DNA of 64,000 nt from contig JAJZXK010000001.1 in assembly GCA_021806565.1 (NCBI GenBank), positions 100,072-164,071 of the forward strand, in the 5' to 3' direction. Each line of letters begins with the position of its first letter. Within the stretch, counting starts at the first letter, position 1. A program made the translations under genes and the position numbers. A model generated the notes under the pieces. The model ran no database searches and was not told where the DNA came from. It saw only the letters and a list, made by a program, of their open reading frames with translations. The DNA comes from Bacillota bacterium. Lineage in GTDB: Bacteria; Bacillota; Sulfobacillia; RBS10-35; JAJYVN01. Below are positions 9,708-19,379 of the stretch, one piece after another.

Positions 9708-10502
9708 CTACCCCCTCCGTTTCGGTTGCAGTACGCGCCGCGCGGCACGGTCGAGCCAGGTGGGCGGCAGCAGGCGCCCGGCCGACATCGCCAAGCGGTT
9801 GGTCGCCCCGCAGATGTGCAGCGACCGGCCGGCCCGCCAGGCTGTGAGTGTCTCGGCCGCGACCTGCTCGGGGGTCTGGACGGCGGCCTGCGGGCTGCCA
9901 AGCGGACCGGGGGCGTCCGCCACCGCGAAGAAACCGGTGTGCGCAGGTCCGGGACACAGGGTGAGCACCCCGACCCCGCTGCCGGCGGCCTCGGCGGCCA
10001 GGGCGCGGCCGAGCGACACGACGAAGGCCTTGGACGCCCCGTAGGACGCGTAATAGGGCATCGGTACCAGCCCGCCGGTGGAGGCGACCAGCACGATGCC
10101 GCCACGGCCCCGTTGCAGCATGCCCGGCAGGAAGGTGCGCGCCCAAAGGAGCGGCGACCGGCAATTGGTGTCCACCAGCGCCCCCAGTCGGGCCGGATCC
10201 GCTTCGGCCAGCGGTCCATAGATGCCGAACCCCGCGTTGAGCACCAGCAGGTCCGGTTCGATGCCGCGCTCTACCAGGGCCGCCGCGAGTTCCGATCCGC
10301 TCTCGTGGACCGAGACGTCCGCCGGCCAGACCAGTGAGCGGGCCGGCGGCAGGGACGCCGCCACCGCCTCCAGGGCGTCGCGGCGGCGCGCGACCAGGAC
10401 GCAGGCGCAGCCGGCGGCCCCGAGGGCCCGCGCCAAGGCGGCCCCGATGCCGGACGAGGCGCCGGTGACGATGGCCCATCGACCCAAGTCCCGCCTTGCC
10501 AT
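9708..10502 (-). CDS. short-chain dehydrogenase/reductase (SDR family oxidoreductase)
   Basis: Rossmann motif AIVTGASSGIGAALA. NAG and Y-x3-K catalytic motifs (YYASYGASKAF). Start at MARRDLGRWAIVTGASSGIG. Confidence 0.8.
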   Translation of the reverse strand: MARRDLGRWAIVTGASSGIGAALARALGAAGCACVLVARRRDALEAVAASLPPARSLVWPADVSVHESGSELAAALVERGIEPDLLVLNAGFGIYGPLAEADPARLGALVDTNCRSPLLWARTFLPGMLQRGRGGIVLVASTGGLVPMPYYASYGASKAFVVSLGRALAAEAAGSGVGVLTLCPGPAHTGFFAVADAPGPLGSPQAAVQTPEQVAAETLTAWRAGRSLHICGATNRLAMSAGRLLPPTWLDRAARRVLQPKRRG

Positions 10503-10515
10503 ACGCAACCTCCCA

Positions 10516-11199
10516 TCATGTCCCTTGCGTGCCGGCGTCGACGGATCGGTTGCTGCGGCCGGCGAGCAGGTCCTCCAGGCCGGCACACGTCGCTTCCAGA
10601 GCCGCAAGCGAGGCGCGCCAGTGGTCGCGGATCAGCAGTTGGTGGTCGGCGCCCGCAAGGACGCGCACGTCCAGTCCGCCCGTAGCGCGCACGGCCCGTA
10701 GCGCTTCCGGCCCAAAGGCCGGATCCTGATCACCGACGATGATCAGGCCGCCGCGGGTGCGCATGAACGGCACCACCGGGACCAGCGGCGTCAGGAACGC
10801 GAAGACGGTCGGCCGCTCGTCCCAGATCGGCGCCATGTGTGCCGCGTGTGCCGCCACCCGCGTGCCGAGGCTCTTGGCCACCACGACGAGGCGGCGGTAC
10901 TGCGGTTGCAGGGCGTCCCGAACCGCCGCGGCCGACTCCGCAGCGACCCGCTCGGTGCCTTGGGGGCCAAGGTCGGAGCGTGCCGCCTGGTGGCCATACT
11001 CCACCGCCAACACGTCGCAGCCGTGCTGCAGGCAGACCTGGCGGGCGTAGTCCAAAAGGGGCGCATCGCGGCGATAGCGGTCGCCGGGTAGCAGGATGGC
11101 CAGGGTCGTCGCAGGGGGTTCTTCCTGCGTCCAGAGTTCGTGGCCGACGGCGGTGTTCCACGCGGACGGCCGCTCCAAGACGTGTCGCGTCCAGGCCAT
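10516..11199 (-). CDS. alpha/beta hydrolase (dienelactone-hydrolase-like)
   Basis: 227-aa C-terminal portion of the supplied 812-aa ORF, starting MAWTRHVLER. Nucleophile-elbow-like VAKSLGTRVA and C-terminal DHQLL. The upstream 585 aa of that ORF are judged a spurious antisense read-through of miaB/mutS. Confidence 0.6.
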   Translation of the reverse strand: MAWTRHVLERPSAWNTAVGHELWTQEEPPATTLAILLPGDRYRRDAPLLDYARQVCLQHGCDVLAVEYGHQAARSDLGPQGTERVAAESAAAVRDALQPQYRRLVVVAKSLGTRVAAHAAHMAPIWDERPTVFAFLTPLVPVVPFMRTRGGLIIVGDQDPAFGPEALRAVRATGGLDVRVLAGADHQLLIRDHWRASLAALEATCAGLEDLLAGRSNRSVDAGTQGT

Positions 11200-11550
11200 G
11201 GTGTCGTTGCCCGTTCCTTTCCGTGAGCCCGTCCTGCGGGACGGCTGTTTGAGCGCGATGTCCGGGCCGCCCGGTGGCGCCACCGCGTCGTGGCCAGGGG
11301 TTCGCGATCGGCCGTCCGGCCCCTGTTGGCGGCCGGGCCCACGTGGGGCCGCGCGCCCGATGGCGCCTCCCTGCGCCCGGTTCCAGCCAGGGCGGTCGGG
11401 CGTGCCGAGCGGGCGCCAACGGCCGGGGGCCGGGACGCGGTCCCGGCCCCCGCGGGTGTGTGCTACACTTCGGCACGGTAGAAAGGGGCACATCCCGTGC
11501 AGCGCCTTGAGATTCCCGTCGTCTCCTACAACACCCGCACGGCGGGGTTC

Positions 11551-12972
11551 ATGTCTGCGCTGGGCTTCGGCTTGGGCGCCGACGGCGTTTGGCGCGACGC
11601 CTCCGGGTGTTCCTTCGCCACCGCCCTGACCGGTAAGCAGACCCCCGCGGCCGCATCCAGGACCTGGGGCTGCCAGATGAACGTGGCCGACAGCGAGAAC
11701 CTGCACGGCCAGTTGCAGGCGTTGGGCTATGCGGCCTCTGACGACGAGGCGGTGGCGGACCTGATCCTGCTGAACACCTGTGCGGTGCGCGGCACCGCGG
11801 CCGCGCACGCCTTGGGCGAGATCGGCCGGCTCAAGCAGCTCAAGCTGGAGCGGCCCGATGTGTTGCTCGGGGTGTGCGGCTGTCTGACGCAGATGCCGGA
11901 GACGGTCGCTTACCTGCGTGAGCACGCACCGTACGTGGACCTGATCTTCGGCACGCACAACCTGCACGACCTGCCGTCGCTCTTGGCGCGGGCCTATCGC
12001 GACGAGGCGCAGACGGTGGACATCTGGTCCCAGGCCCCTGAGACGGTTGAGCACCTGCCCGCGGTGCGCGGCGCCGGGGTGCGGGCCTGGGTGAACATCA
12101 TCTATGGGTGCGACAAGTATTGCACGTACTGCATCGTGCCCACGACGCGCGGCCGCGAGCGCAGCCGCCGGCCGGGGGATGTTCTGGCGGAGGTCGAGGG
12201 CCTGGCGGCCGCCGGGTTTCAGGAGGTGACGCTCCTGGGACAGAACGTCAACTCGTACGGGCACGACCTTGGGGATGTGGACTTCGCGGACCTGCTGGCC
12301 GCCGTGGCCGAGGTGCCCGGCATCCGCTGGGTCCGATACACCACCAGCCATCCGCGCGACTTCACCGAGCGCATGGTGCGGACCGTGGCGGAACACCCCC
12401 GCATCTGCGAACACTTCCACCTGCCGGTGCAGTCCGGTTCCGACCGGGTGCTGCGCTGGATGAACCGCGGCTACACCCGCGCCGATTACCTGCGGCTGAT
12501 CGACGCGGTGCGCCGGCATGTACCGGACGCCGCGATCACCACCGATCTCATCGTCGGGTTCCCGCGCGAGACGGAGGCGGATTTTGAGCAGACGCTGGAA
12601 CTGGTGGCCGAGGTCGGCTACGACAACGCCTTCACCTTCCAATACAGCCCGCGGGCCGGGACACCCGCGGCGCGTTGGGAGGACCCGGTGCCGGCCGGGA
12701 TCAAAAAGGACCGGCTCGACCGGCTGAACGCGTTGCAGTATGGGATCAGCCGGCGTCGCAACGAGGCGCTGGTGGGCAGCGACTGCGAGGTGTTGGTCGA
12801 GGGCGCCAGCCGCAAGGACCCCGAGGTGTTCACGGCGCGCACCCGGACCAATCGCCTGGTGCTCGTCCCGGCCCGGCCCGACGCCGCCCAACGCTTCGGC
12901 CGCGCGCGGATCACCGCCGCGCAGACCTGGACGCTGCGCGGCGAGTTGGAGCATGTGGAGGCCGGAGCGTGA
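11551..12972 (+). CDS. miaB: tRNA (i6A37) methylthiotransferase MiaB (radical SAM + TRAM)
   Basis: N-terminal MTTase cysteines (WGCQMNVADSE...LNTCAVR), radical-SAM CxxxCxxC (CDKYCTYCIV), C-terminal TRAM domain. Adjacent to mutS as ymcB/miaB is in Bacillus. Exact start uncertain. Confidence 0.85.
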   Translation: MSALGFGLGADGVWRDASGCSFATALTGKQTPAAASRTWGCQMNVADSENLHGQLQALGYAASDDEAVADLILLNTCAVRGTAAAHALGEIGRLKQLKLERPDVLLGVCGCLTQMPETVAYLREHAPYVDLIFGTHNLHDLPSLLARAYRDEAQTVDIWSQAPETVEHLPAVRGAGVRAWVNIIYGCDKYCTYCIVPTTRGRERSRRPGDVLAEVEGLAAAGFQEVTLLGQNVNSYGHDLGDVDFADLLAAVAEVPGIRWVRYTTSHPRDFTERMVRTVAEHPRICEHFHLPVQSGSDRVLRWMNRGYTRADYLRLIDAVRRHVPDAAITTDLIVGFPRETEADFEQTLELVAEVGYDNAFTFQYSPRAGTPAARWEDPVPAGIKKDRLDRLNALQYGISRRRNEALVGSDCEVLVEGASRKDPEVFTARTRTNRLVLVPARPDAAQRFGRARITAAQTWTLRGELEHVEAGA

Positions 12973-15566
12973 GCGGGCGCACCCCGCGCGGGTCGGCGGC
13001 TCCGCGTGCCCCCACCCCCATGCAGGAGCAATACCTGCGGCTCAAGAGCGAGGTGGGGGATGCCCTCCTCTTTTTCCGGCTGGGGGACTTCTACGAACTG
13101 TTCGGTGCGGACGCCGAGGTGGCGGCGCCGATCCTCGAGGTGGTGTTGACCAGCCGCGAGGTGGCCCCCGGGGTGCGGCAGCCGATGTGCGGGGTGCCCC
13201 ACCATGCGGTTACCGGCTATGCCGCGCGCCTGCTGGCGCGCGGCCTCTCGGTGGCGTTCGCCGACCAGATGGAGGACCCGTCCCAGGCACGCGGGCTGGT
13301 GCGGCGCGAGGTGACTCGGCTGCTCACGCCTGGCACCGTGGCCGAACCCGAGATGCTGGAGGCGTTGGGTGAGCGGCTGCTGGCCGTCGCCTTCGGGACG
13401 GAGTTGGCGGTGTGCGACGTCTCGACCGGCGGCGTGCGGTTGGCGCTGTGCGGCGACGCCGGCGGGGAAGGCGCGGCGGCGGCGGGTGGCATGCTCCAGG
13501 AGTTGGCGTGTCTGCGGCCGGCGGAGGTCGTGGTCCCCGCGACCGGTGCCCCGGCCGGCGTAGTGCAGTGGGCGGAAGCCGAACATGTGGCGCTGCATCC
13601 CCTTGCGGCCGAGCAGTTCCGCGCCGGGGCCGCGGGGGCTGTCTGGTCCGACGCGCCGGATTCGCCGGCCCTGGGCGCCCTGGTCCACTACCTGCGCCAC
13701 ACCCTGCGGGGGGATCTGGCGGGGTTGCGTCCGGTGGAAGTCTACCGGCCATCTTCCCACCTGGCGCTGGACCCGACGGCGCTGCGCACCCTCGAGGTCG
13801 TGGAACCCATGGCCGAGGGTGCCACCGGCGCCACGCTCTTTGGCGCCCTGGACCGCTGCGCAACCGCGATGGGCCGGCGGCAGCTCCGCTTTTGGCTGTT
13901 GCACCCGCTGCAGGATGTGGTGGCGATCGCCGCGCGCCAGGACGCGGTCGGAGAACTGGCACGCAAGCCGCTGTTTCGCGAGGGCCTGCGCAGCGCGCTA
14001 CGCGGCGTCCACGATCTGGAGCGGCTGGCGGCCCGCGTCCTCAACGGGCGCATCGGTCCCAGGGAACTGTCGGCGCTGGGCGTTTCGCTGCGGGCCCTGC
14101 CGACGGCCCTGTCGGCGCTGCGCGGCTGCGACGCGGAGTGGCTGCGCCGCCAGTGCGCCAGCGCCGATCCGCTGGGACCGTTGGCGGAACAACTCAGGCG
14201 CGCGCTGGCGGAGGATCCACCGAGCTTGGCCCGCGACGGCGGCATCTTCGCCGCGGGGTATGATGAGGAACTCGATACCCTGCGCGCCGCCGGTAGGGAC
14301 GGGCGGGCGTGGCTGGCGGAGTTTGAGGCGCGTGAGCGCGAGCGGACGGGCATCCGTTCGCTGAAGGTCGGGTTCCACAAGGTCTTCGGCTATTACCTGG
14401 AAGTGAGCGCCACCAACCGCGTGGCGGTGCCGGGCGACTACATCCGCAAGCAGACCCTCGCGGCTGGTGAGCGGTTTGCCACCGAAGAGCTCAAGCGGTT
14501 GGAGGAGACGATTCTCGGCGCGCAGGAGCGGGCGCTGCGGCGCGAGCAGGTGTTGTTCGCCGAACTGCGCGAACGCGCGGCAGCCGACGGCGCAGCCCTG
14601 CAGCGGACGGCGACGGCGGTCGCCGCGCTGGACGCGCTGGCCAGCCTGGCGGAGACGGCGGCCCGCTGGGGGTGGGTGCGGCCGGTCGTCGACCACTCCG
14701 GCGAGTTGCAGATCAGTTCCGGCCGCCATCCGGTCCTGGACCAGCAACTGGGCAGCGGCCGCTTCGTCCCCAACGACACGGCGCTCGGAGGCCGAGCGGC
14801 GCGGGTGGTCCTGCTCACCGGTCCCAACATGGCGGGTAAGTCCACCTACATGCGGCAGGTGGCGCTGATCACGCTCCTGGCTCACGTCGGTAGCTTCGTT
14901 CCCGCGGCCGAGGCGCGCATCGGTCTGGTGGACCGCGTGTTCACCCGGGTCGGCGCCAGTGACGACCTCGCCGGCGGCCGCTCCACCTTCATGGTCGAGA
15001 TGACCGAGGTGGCCGCGGCGCTGCATCAGGCGAGCGAGCGCAGTCTGTTGCTGCTGGACGAGGTGGGGCGCGGCACCGGGACGCGCGACGGTCTGGCCAT
15101 CGCCTGGGCGGTGCTGGAGGACATCGCGACGCGCTTGCGGGCCCGGGCGCTGTTTGCGACCCACTACCACGAACTGGCGGCCGCGGCGGCCGCCTTGCCG
15201 GGGGCGGCGAGCGCCCATGCCGAGGTGCGGGAGGGGCCCGACGGGGTGGTCTTCCTGCACCGCATCGCCCCCGGACCGAGCGACCGCAGCTACGGCGTCG
15301 CCGTGGCTGCTCTTGCCGGGGTGCCGGCCGGGGTGCTGGCCAGGGCGCGCGAGGTGTTGCTGCGTTTGGAAAACGGGTTGGATCCGGCCGACGAGAGCGC
15401 GGCGGCGGCGCCGGACGCCCCCGACCGCCCCGATCCGAGGCTGAAGGACTTGGTCCTGCGCCTTGCGGCCCTGGAGCCACTGGAACTCACCCCGCTGCAG
15501 GCGCTGGCCGTGCTCAGCGAGTTGCAGGCGCTCGCGCGTGAAACGCTGGGGGATCGTACGGCCTAA
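12970..15566 (+). CDS. mutS: DNA mismatch repair protein MutS
   Basis: TPMQEQYLRLKSEVGDALLFFRLGDFYELFG N-terminal mismatch-binding domain. Walker A GPNMAGKST. C-terminal HTH. GTG start at 12970 (or ATG 13018) rather than the supplied 12675 extension. Confidence 0.92.
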
Positions 15567-15635
15567 AACGCACCCGCTCCTCGGTATGCTTCCGTGGCGG
15601 TCGGCGCATGCCGGGCCGCCGGGGGGGCTGCCGGC

Positions 15636-15866
15636 ATGTGGGGGCGATCGCGGGTGCTGTGGACGCTCGGGTTGGCGGCGGCGCTGTCGGGGTTGCTCGT
15701 GTGGCAGGCGCTGGGGGAACCGGCGCCCGCGGTGGCCGTCTTCCGGCGGGTCGCGCCGGCGGTGGTGCTCATCACCCGCGGCACGACGGTTCCGGGCGCC
15801 GGCGGCCGGTTGGATTGGGGCAGCGGTGTGTTCATGGATCATCGCGGCGACATCGTTACCAACCAC
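15636..15866 (+). pseudogene. N-terminal fragment of trypsin-like serine protease (HtrA/DegP family): signal peptide to the His-box only
   Basis: MWGRSRVLWTLGLAAALSGLLVWQALG (signal/TM) ...RRVAPAVVLITRGTT...GSGVFMDHRGDIVTNH. The frame then collapses (HF PLVPLRRRS...). No protease body follows in any frame. See the htrA-split finding. Confidence 0.55.
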
Positions 15867-16538
15867 TTCCCGCTGGTACCCCTGCGGCGCAGAAGCCCTG
15901 CACGCTGCGGGTCCTGGCGGAGACCAGCCGGGTTGGCCGATACCGTGCCTGCCGCCCGCGGCTTCCTCCGGTTGCGGGCCGTTTGGCGCCGTGGGTGACC
16001 AGGGACGACCAATCGCCATGCTGGACCGCCATGAGTCACGCGCGGCGAAGCGCGCCGCCTGCACCGCTGGTCGTCCGCGTAGTTGCGCTCCCTGGCGGGG
16101 CGGCTGCACGCGGCCCCGGCGGGCCGCTGTCCACCGACCTATCGCGGCACGATTCCGTCCGTCGCTGCCGGCGGAATGCCCGCCACGGCGATCGATGCCG
16201 CCGCGTTCGTGCGCGGGCCGGTTTGGTATCGGCTTGGGTGGCATACGCGCCAGAGGTCTGCCCGGCGCATTGCCCTTCGTTCGGTCGCCGAGGTGCCGGG
16301 CGGACGCCACCTGCGCCGGTACGCTGGGGGTAAGGACTTCAGTCCCAGCCCAACCGACGCCTGGAGACGGCGGCTCGCGCCGCGCCCCTTGACCCGGTGG
16401 TGGAAAAGGATTGCAGCCTTGGCAGGGCCTTCGCCGCGCGGTTACGAACGGTCGCTTTGCGTCGCGGCAGGCGCTGCGTCTCCCTCCGGGCGCGGATGGA
16501 CGCGGGCCGGGTGGGGTGGCAGCATACCGTGATGGGGT

Positions 16539-17255
16539 GTGGCCGTGAACGCGTGGCGCAACGACAAGTTCCAGTTGGCGCAGTGCTATGACGACATCGC
16601 CGGGACGTATCTGCGGTTGACGGAGCCCCTGACCCACTACCTGCCGGCGGTGCGCGCCTTCCTTGCGGATAGCGTGCATGCGGGGAGCCGGGTGCTCGAC
16701 CTCGGCTGCGGGCCGGGGCATGTGACCGGCGATCTGCCGGCGGATGTCGAGGTCGTCGGCGTCGACCTTTCCAGCCGGATGCTGCAAGAGGCGCGAAAAC
16801 GGCGCCCGGCCGGCCGCTATCTGCTGCATGACTTTCATCAGCCTCTACCCGCGGACGTCGGCTGCTTCGACGTGGTCCTGGCCTGCGGCGCCTTCGACTT
16901 CTGCGAGGATCTGACCGAGGTGATCGGCCATGCCGCGAGGGCGCTTGTCCCCGGGGGCCGCCTTTTGTTCATGCTTGCCGAGCGCAGGATGGAGTGCCTC
17001 CACCACGGCGGGAGGTGGCTCGAGATGCAGGTGGGGGCGGCCGCGATCCGGGTGTATTTGTGGACATTCGCCGAGGCGGTGGCGGCGCTCGAGGCGTCCG
17101 CCCTGCGTCCGTTGACGTATCGATACGGGCCCGGTTGGGAGGTTCCATCTTGGGGTGCGGTGATCCAGTACGGGTACTGGGTGGTGGAACGCCCGCCGAC
17201 CGCCGGGCAGACCACTGCGCCGAGGGGCCCGGCCGGCGGTGGATCTGCAGGGTAG
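16539..17255 (+). CDS. class I SAM-dependent methyltransferase
   Basis: Motif I VLDLGCGPGHVT, motif II CFDVVLACGAF, motif III PGGRLLF. GTG start. Confidence 0.75.
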   Translation: MAVNAWRNDKFQLAQCYDDIAGTYLRLTEPLTHYLPAVRAFLADSVHAGSRVLDLGCGPGHVTGDLPADVEVVGVDLSSRMLQEARKRRPAGRYLLHDFHQPLPADVGCFDVVLACGAFDFCEDLTEVIGHAARALVPGGRLLFMLAERRMECLHHGGRWLEMQVGAAAIRVYLWTFAEAVAALEASALRPLTYRYGPGWEVPSWGAVIQYGYWVVERPPTAGQTTAPRGPAGGGSAG

Positions 17256-17423
17256 TGCTGGGCGGCCGAACGACCGGACGCCGGAACCGGAGCGGGAGGG
17301 AACGCGGCGAGCCGTGAGCCCGGGGGTGGATGCGCGTTCCGGCGGGCATCCGGGGGCGCCTGCGCCAGCGGTGGGCGGCACGCGGTGGGGCGCGCGGGCT
17401 CGACTCAGCCGGCGAGAGGGTGG

Positions 17424-18608
17424 ATGCGGATAGACTCCGCCGCGGCGCGCCGCGCTGTTTGGGGCCTTTCTGCCTATTCCACCCTGCGGCAGGTCGCCGA
17501 TGTCTGCCAGATGCTGGCGATTAACTGGTATCTGGCGGCGTCCACGGGATCGGCGGGCATGCTCGGACTGGCGTGGGTGGTCTCGCGCCTGCCCTGGACG
17601 GTGCTTCCCCTGGCGGGGTTTCTGGCCGACCGCGTGCCTCGCCGCCGCGTCATCCTGCTTGGAGACCTCGCAGTGGCGGTGCTCGGCGTCGTCGCCGTCT
17701 TGGTGCGCCCGGGCCGGACCGCGGTTCTCATCGTTCTCGCCGTGTACGCCCTGGGGTATGCCGCGGTGCGGCCGGCCACGAAGGGACTGCCGCGCGAGTT
17801 GGCCGGGACCTCCGTGGATGCCGCCCGCGTGTCCGGGCTCATGACCAGCTTGGAATACGCGGCTATCTTCGCCGCGCAACTCGCCGTGGCGCGGTGGCTC
17901 TTGCCGCGCGGGCCCGCGTGGGGGTTGGGCGCCATGGTCGTCACCCTCGCGCTCGGTGCGGTCATCCTGAGGCGCACCGTTCCGGCAGGCCCACCGCCCG
18001 CGGCCCCGACGCGGTTCGGGATGCGTGCGGTCGCGGCGATGCTGTGGTCGCCCGAGTTGCGAGGCCCTCTGGCCTTGACGGTGACTTGCGGCGGCTGCGC
18101 CTTCGTGCTGCTGCCGCTGGCCCCGCTATTGGCCCGGGGTGGTCCTGCCCACTACGGCATCCTCATGGCGGGGTATTCCCTGGGAGCCGCGGCCGGTTCT
18201 GCCCTGGCGCGCCGGACGGACGGGTGGCGCTCGGGGACACGCGGGGCCGCTCTGGCCTGGGTGGTCGCCGCCCCCGCCCTGGCGGCGGCGCCGCGTGTGC
18301 ACTCCGTTGTCGCCATCCTGGCCTGTTATGTGGTGGTGGGGGCGGCGGCCGGCTTTGCGGACGCGGGTAACGCGGCGCGCGTGGCCGCCCACGTGCCCCT
18401 GAGCGCCCAGTCGCAGGCCATGGCGCTGGGGTCGCTGGTCTGGCGCCTACCCGGAGTCCTGGCGGGCGGCATCGTGGCGGTCGCGGCGCCGCTCCAGCCG
18501 GCCAGTCTCTGTCCCGTGCTGGCGGGAGTCTTGGCGGCGGTGGCGGTCGGCGGCGTCTTGGTTCCGGCGGGCGCGCCGCGGGTACCCGCCGGCCCACCGG
18601 TCGGATGA
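17424..18608 (+). CDS. MFS transporter
   Basis: ~12 predicted TM helices. MFS-type loop motif (FLADRVPRRRVILLGDL). ~395 aa. Confidence 0.8.
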   Translation: MRIDSAAARRAVWGLSAYSTLRQVADVCQMLAINWYLAASTGSAGMLGLAWVVSRLPWTVLPLAGFLADRVPRRRVILLGDLAVAVLGVVAVLVRPGRTAVLIVLAVYALGYAAVRPATKGLPRELAGTSVDAARVSGLMTSLEYAAIFAAQLAVARWLLPRGPAWGLGAMVVTLALGAVILRRTVPAGPPPAAPTRFGMRAVAAMLWSPELRGPLALTVTCGGCAFVLLPLAPLLARGGPAHYGILMAGYSLGAAAGSALARRTDGWRSGTRGAALAWVVAAPALAAAPRVHSVVAILACYVVVGAAAGFADAGNAARVAAHVPLSAQSQAMALGSLVWRLPGVLAGGIVAVAAPLQPASLCPVLAGVLAAVAVGGVLVPAGAPRVPAGPPVG

Positions 18609-19379
18609 ACGTTTCGCGGCGCGGAATCCACGCATCGGGCGGCGTCGGCAACGGACGGAGCTTCCCCTCCACAGGCAGGGTCCGGTGCGCCAACCGTATA
18701 TTCAGGTGCTGGCTCGTGTCCCGTGGCTGCCGACGGCGACACCGCCGTACCCGCCGCTGTTTGAAAAGCAGAGCGTTCGGCTGTGGCCGGCGCTCAAGGG
18801 GTTGGGTCGGTTGGCGCCAGTGTTCTTGTTTGGTGGGATGACCGCTTCGTTTCCGCATACTTCGGCGGCGTTCGTGGCGGCCTGAGGCGGGCGGGCGGCG
18901 CGGCTTGCGCTGTTGATGGGTAAGCCGAGCGGGTGGGAGGAATACCTGCCACGCTACCAGAGGCCCTGGGCGGCGATGGGGATCCGCGAAATCGTACCCG
19001 TGGCTCCGCTTGCGGACGGTGTTACGTTGAGCACCCAAGCCCTGGAGACCCTGGAGCGGTGCACCGGAAGGTTCGTTTGTGGTGGTGATACACGGAGCTA
19101 CCACGAGCTCTACTGCTCGGGGATGGGACGGGAGGTGCTCTTGCGGCGTTGTGGAGGCCCACTTCAGCCAGAGGGGCGGTTTTCCCCGGCTGGTCGCGGC
19201 CATGCGGCTGAGCGGGAGCGAAAATGGTCTCGGGATCGACGACGGCATCTGTGTTGAAGTCAGGGACGGGCGGCTTTACGTGCGTGGGAGTGGCCGCGCA
19301 TACATCGCCCGCGCGGCCGGGGTCGGCGATCTTCGGGTGACGCTCGTCGAACCGGGGATGGAAATGGCCTTTCCGTAAG

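Noticed and set aside
10516-12954. 812-aa minus-strand ORF
   Set aside because: Only the last 227 aa (alpha/beta hydrolase) look genuine. The remainder is antisense to miaB/mutS and is an artefact of open frames in GC-rich DNA.
12675-12969. Upstream extension of mutS to 12675 and of several other ORFs (recX/FAH/ahcY/miaA/mutL/SpoVK N-termini)
   Set aside because: Extensions overlap the preceding gene and lack homology. Conserved N-terminal motifs (e.g. TPMQEQYL for MutS, GRIQVLP for MutL) define later starts, often GTG/TTG.
15463-16538. Several 60-300-aa ORFs in the ~650-nt interval after the protease fragment (e.g. 15463..16392, 16083..16532)
   Set aside because: All are Arg/Gly/Pro-rich with no motifs. 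They overlap one another in different frames and are best explained as non-coding (decayed) DNA within the putative insertion.
13998-16838. 946-aa minus-strand ORF antisense to mutS
   Set aside because: Antisense to mutS with low-complexity composition. No support.
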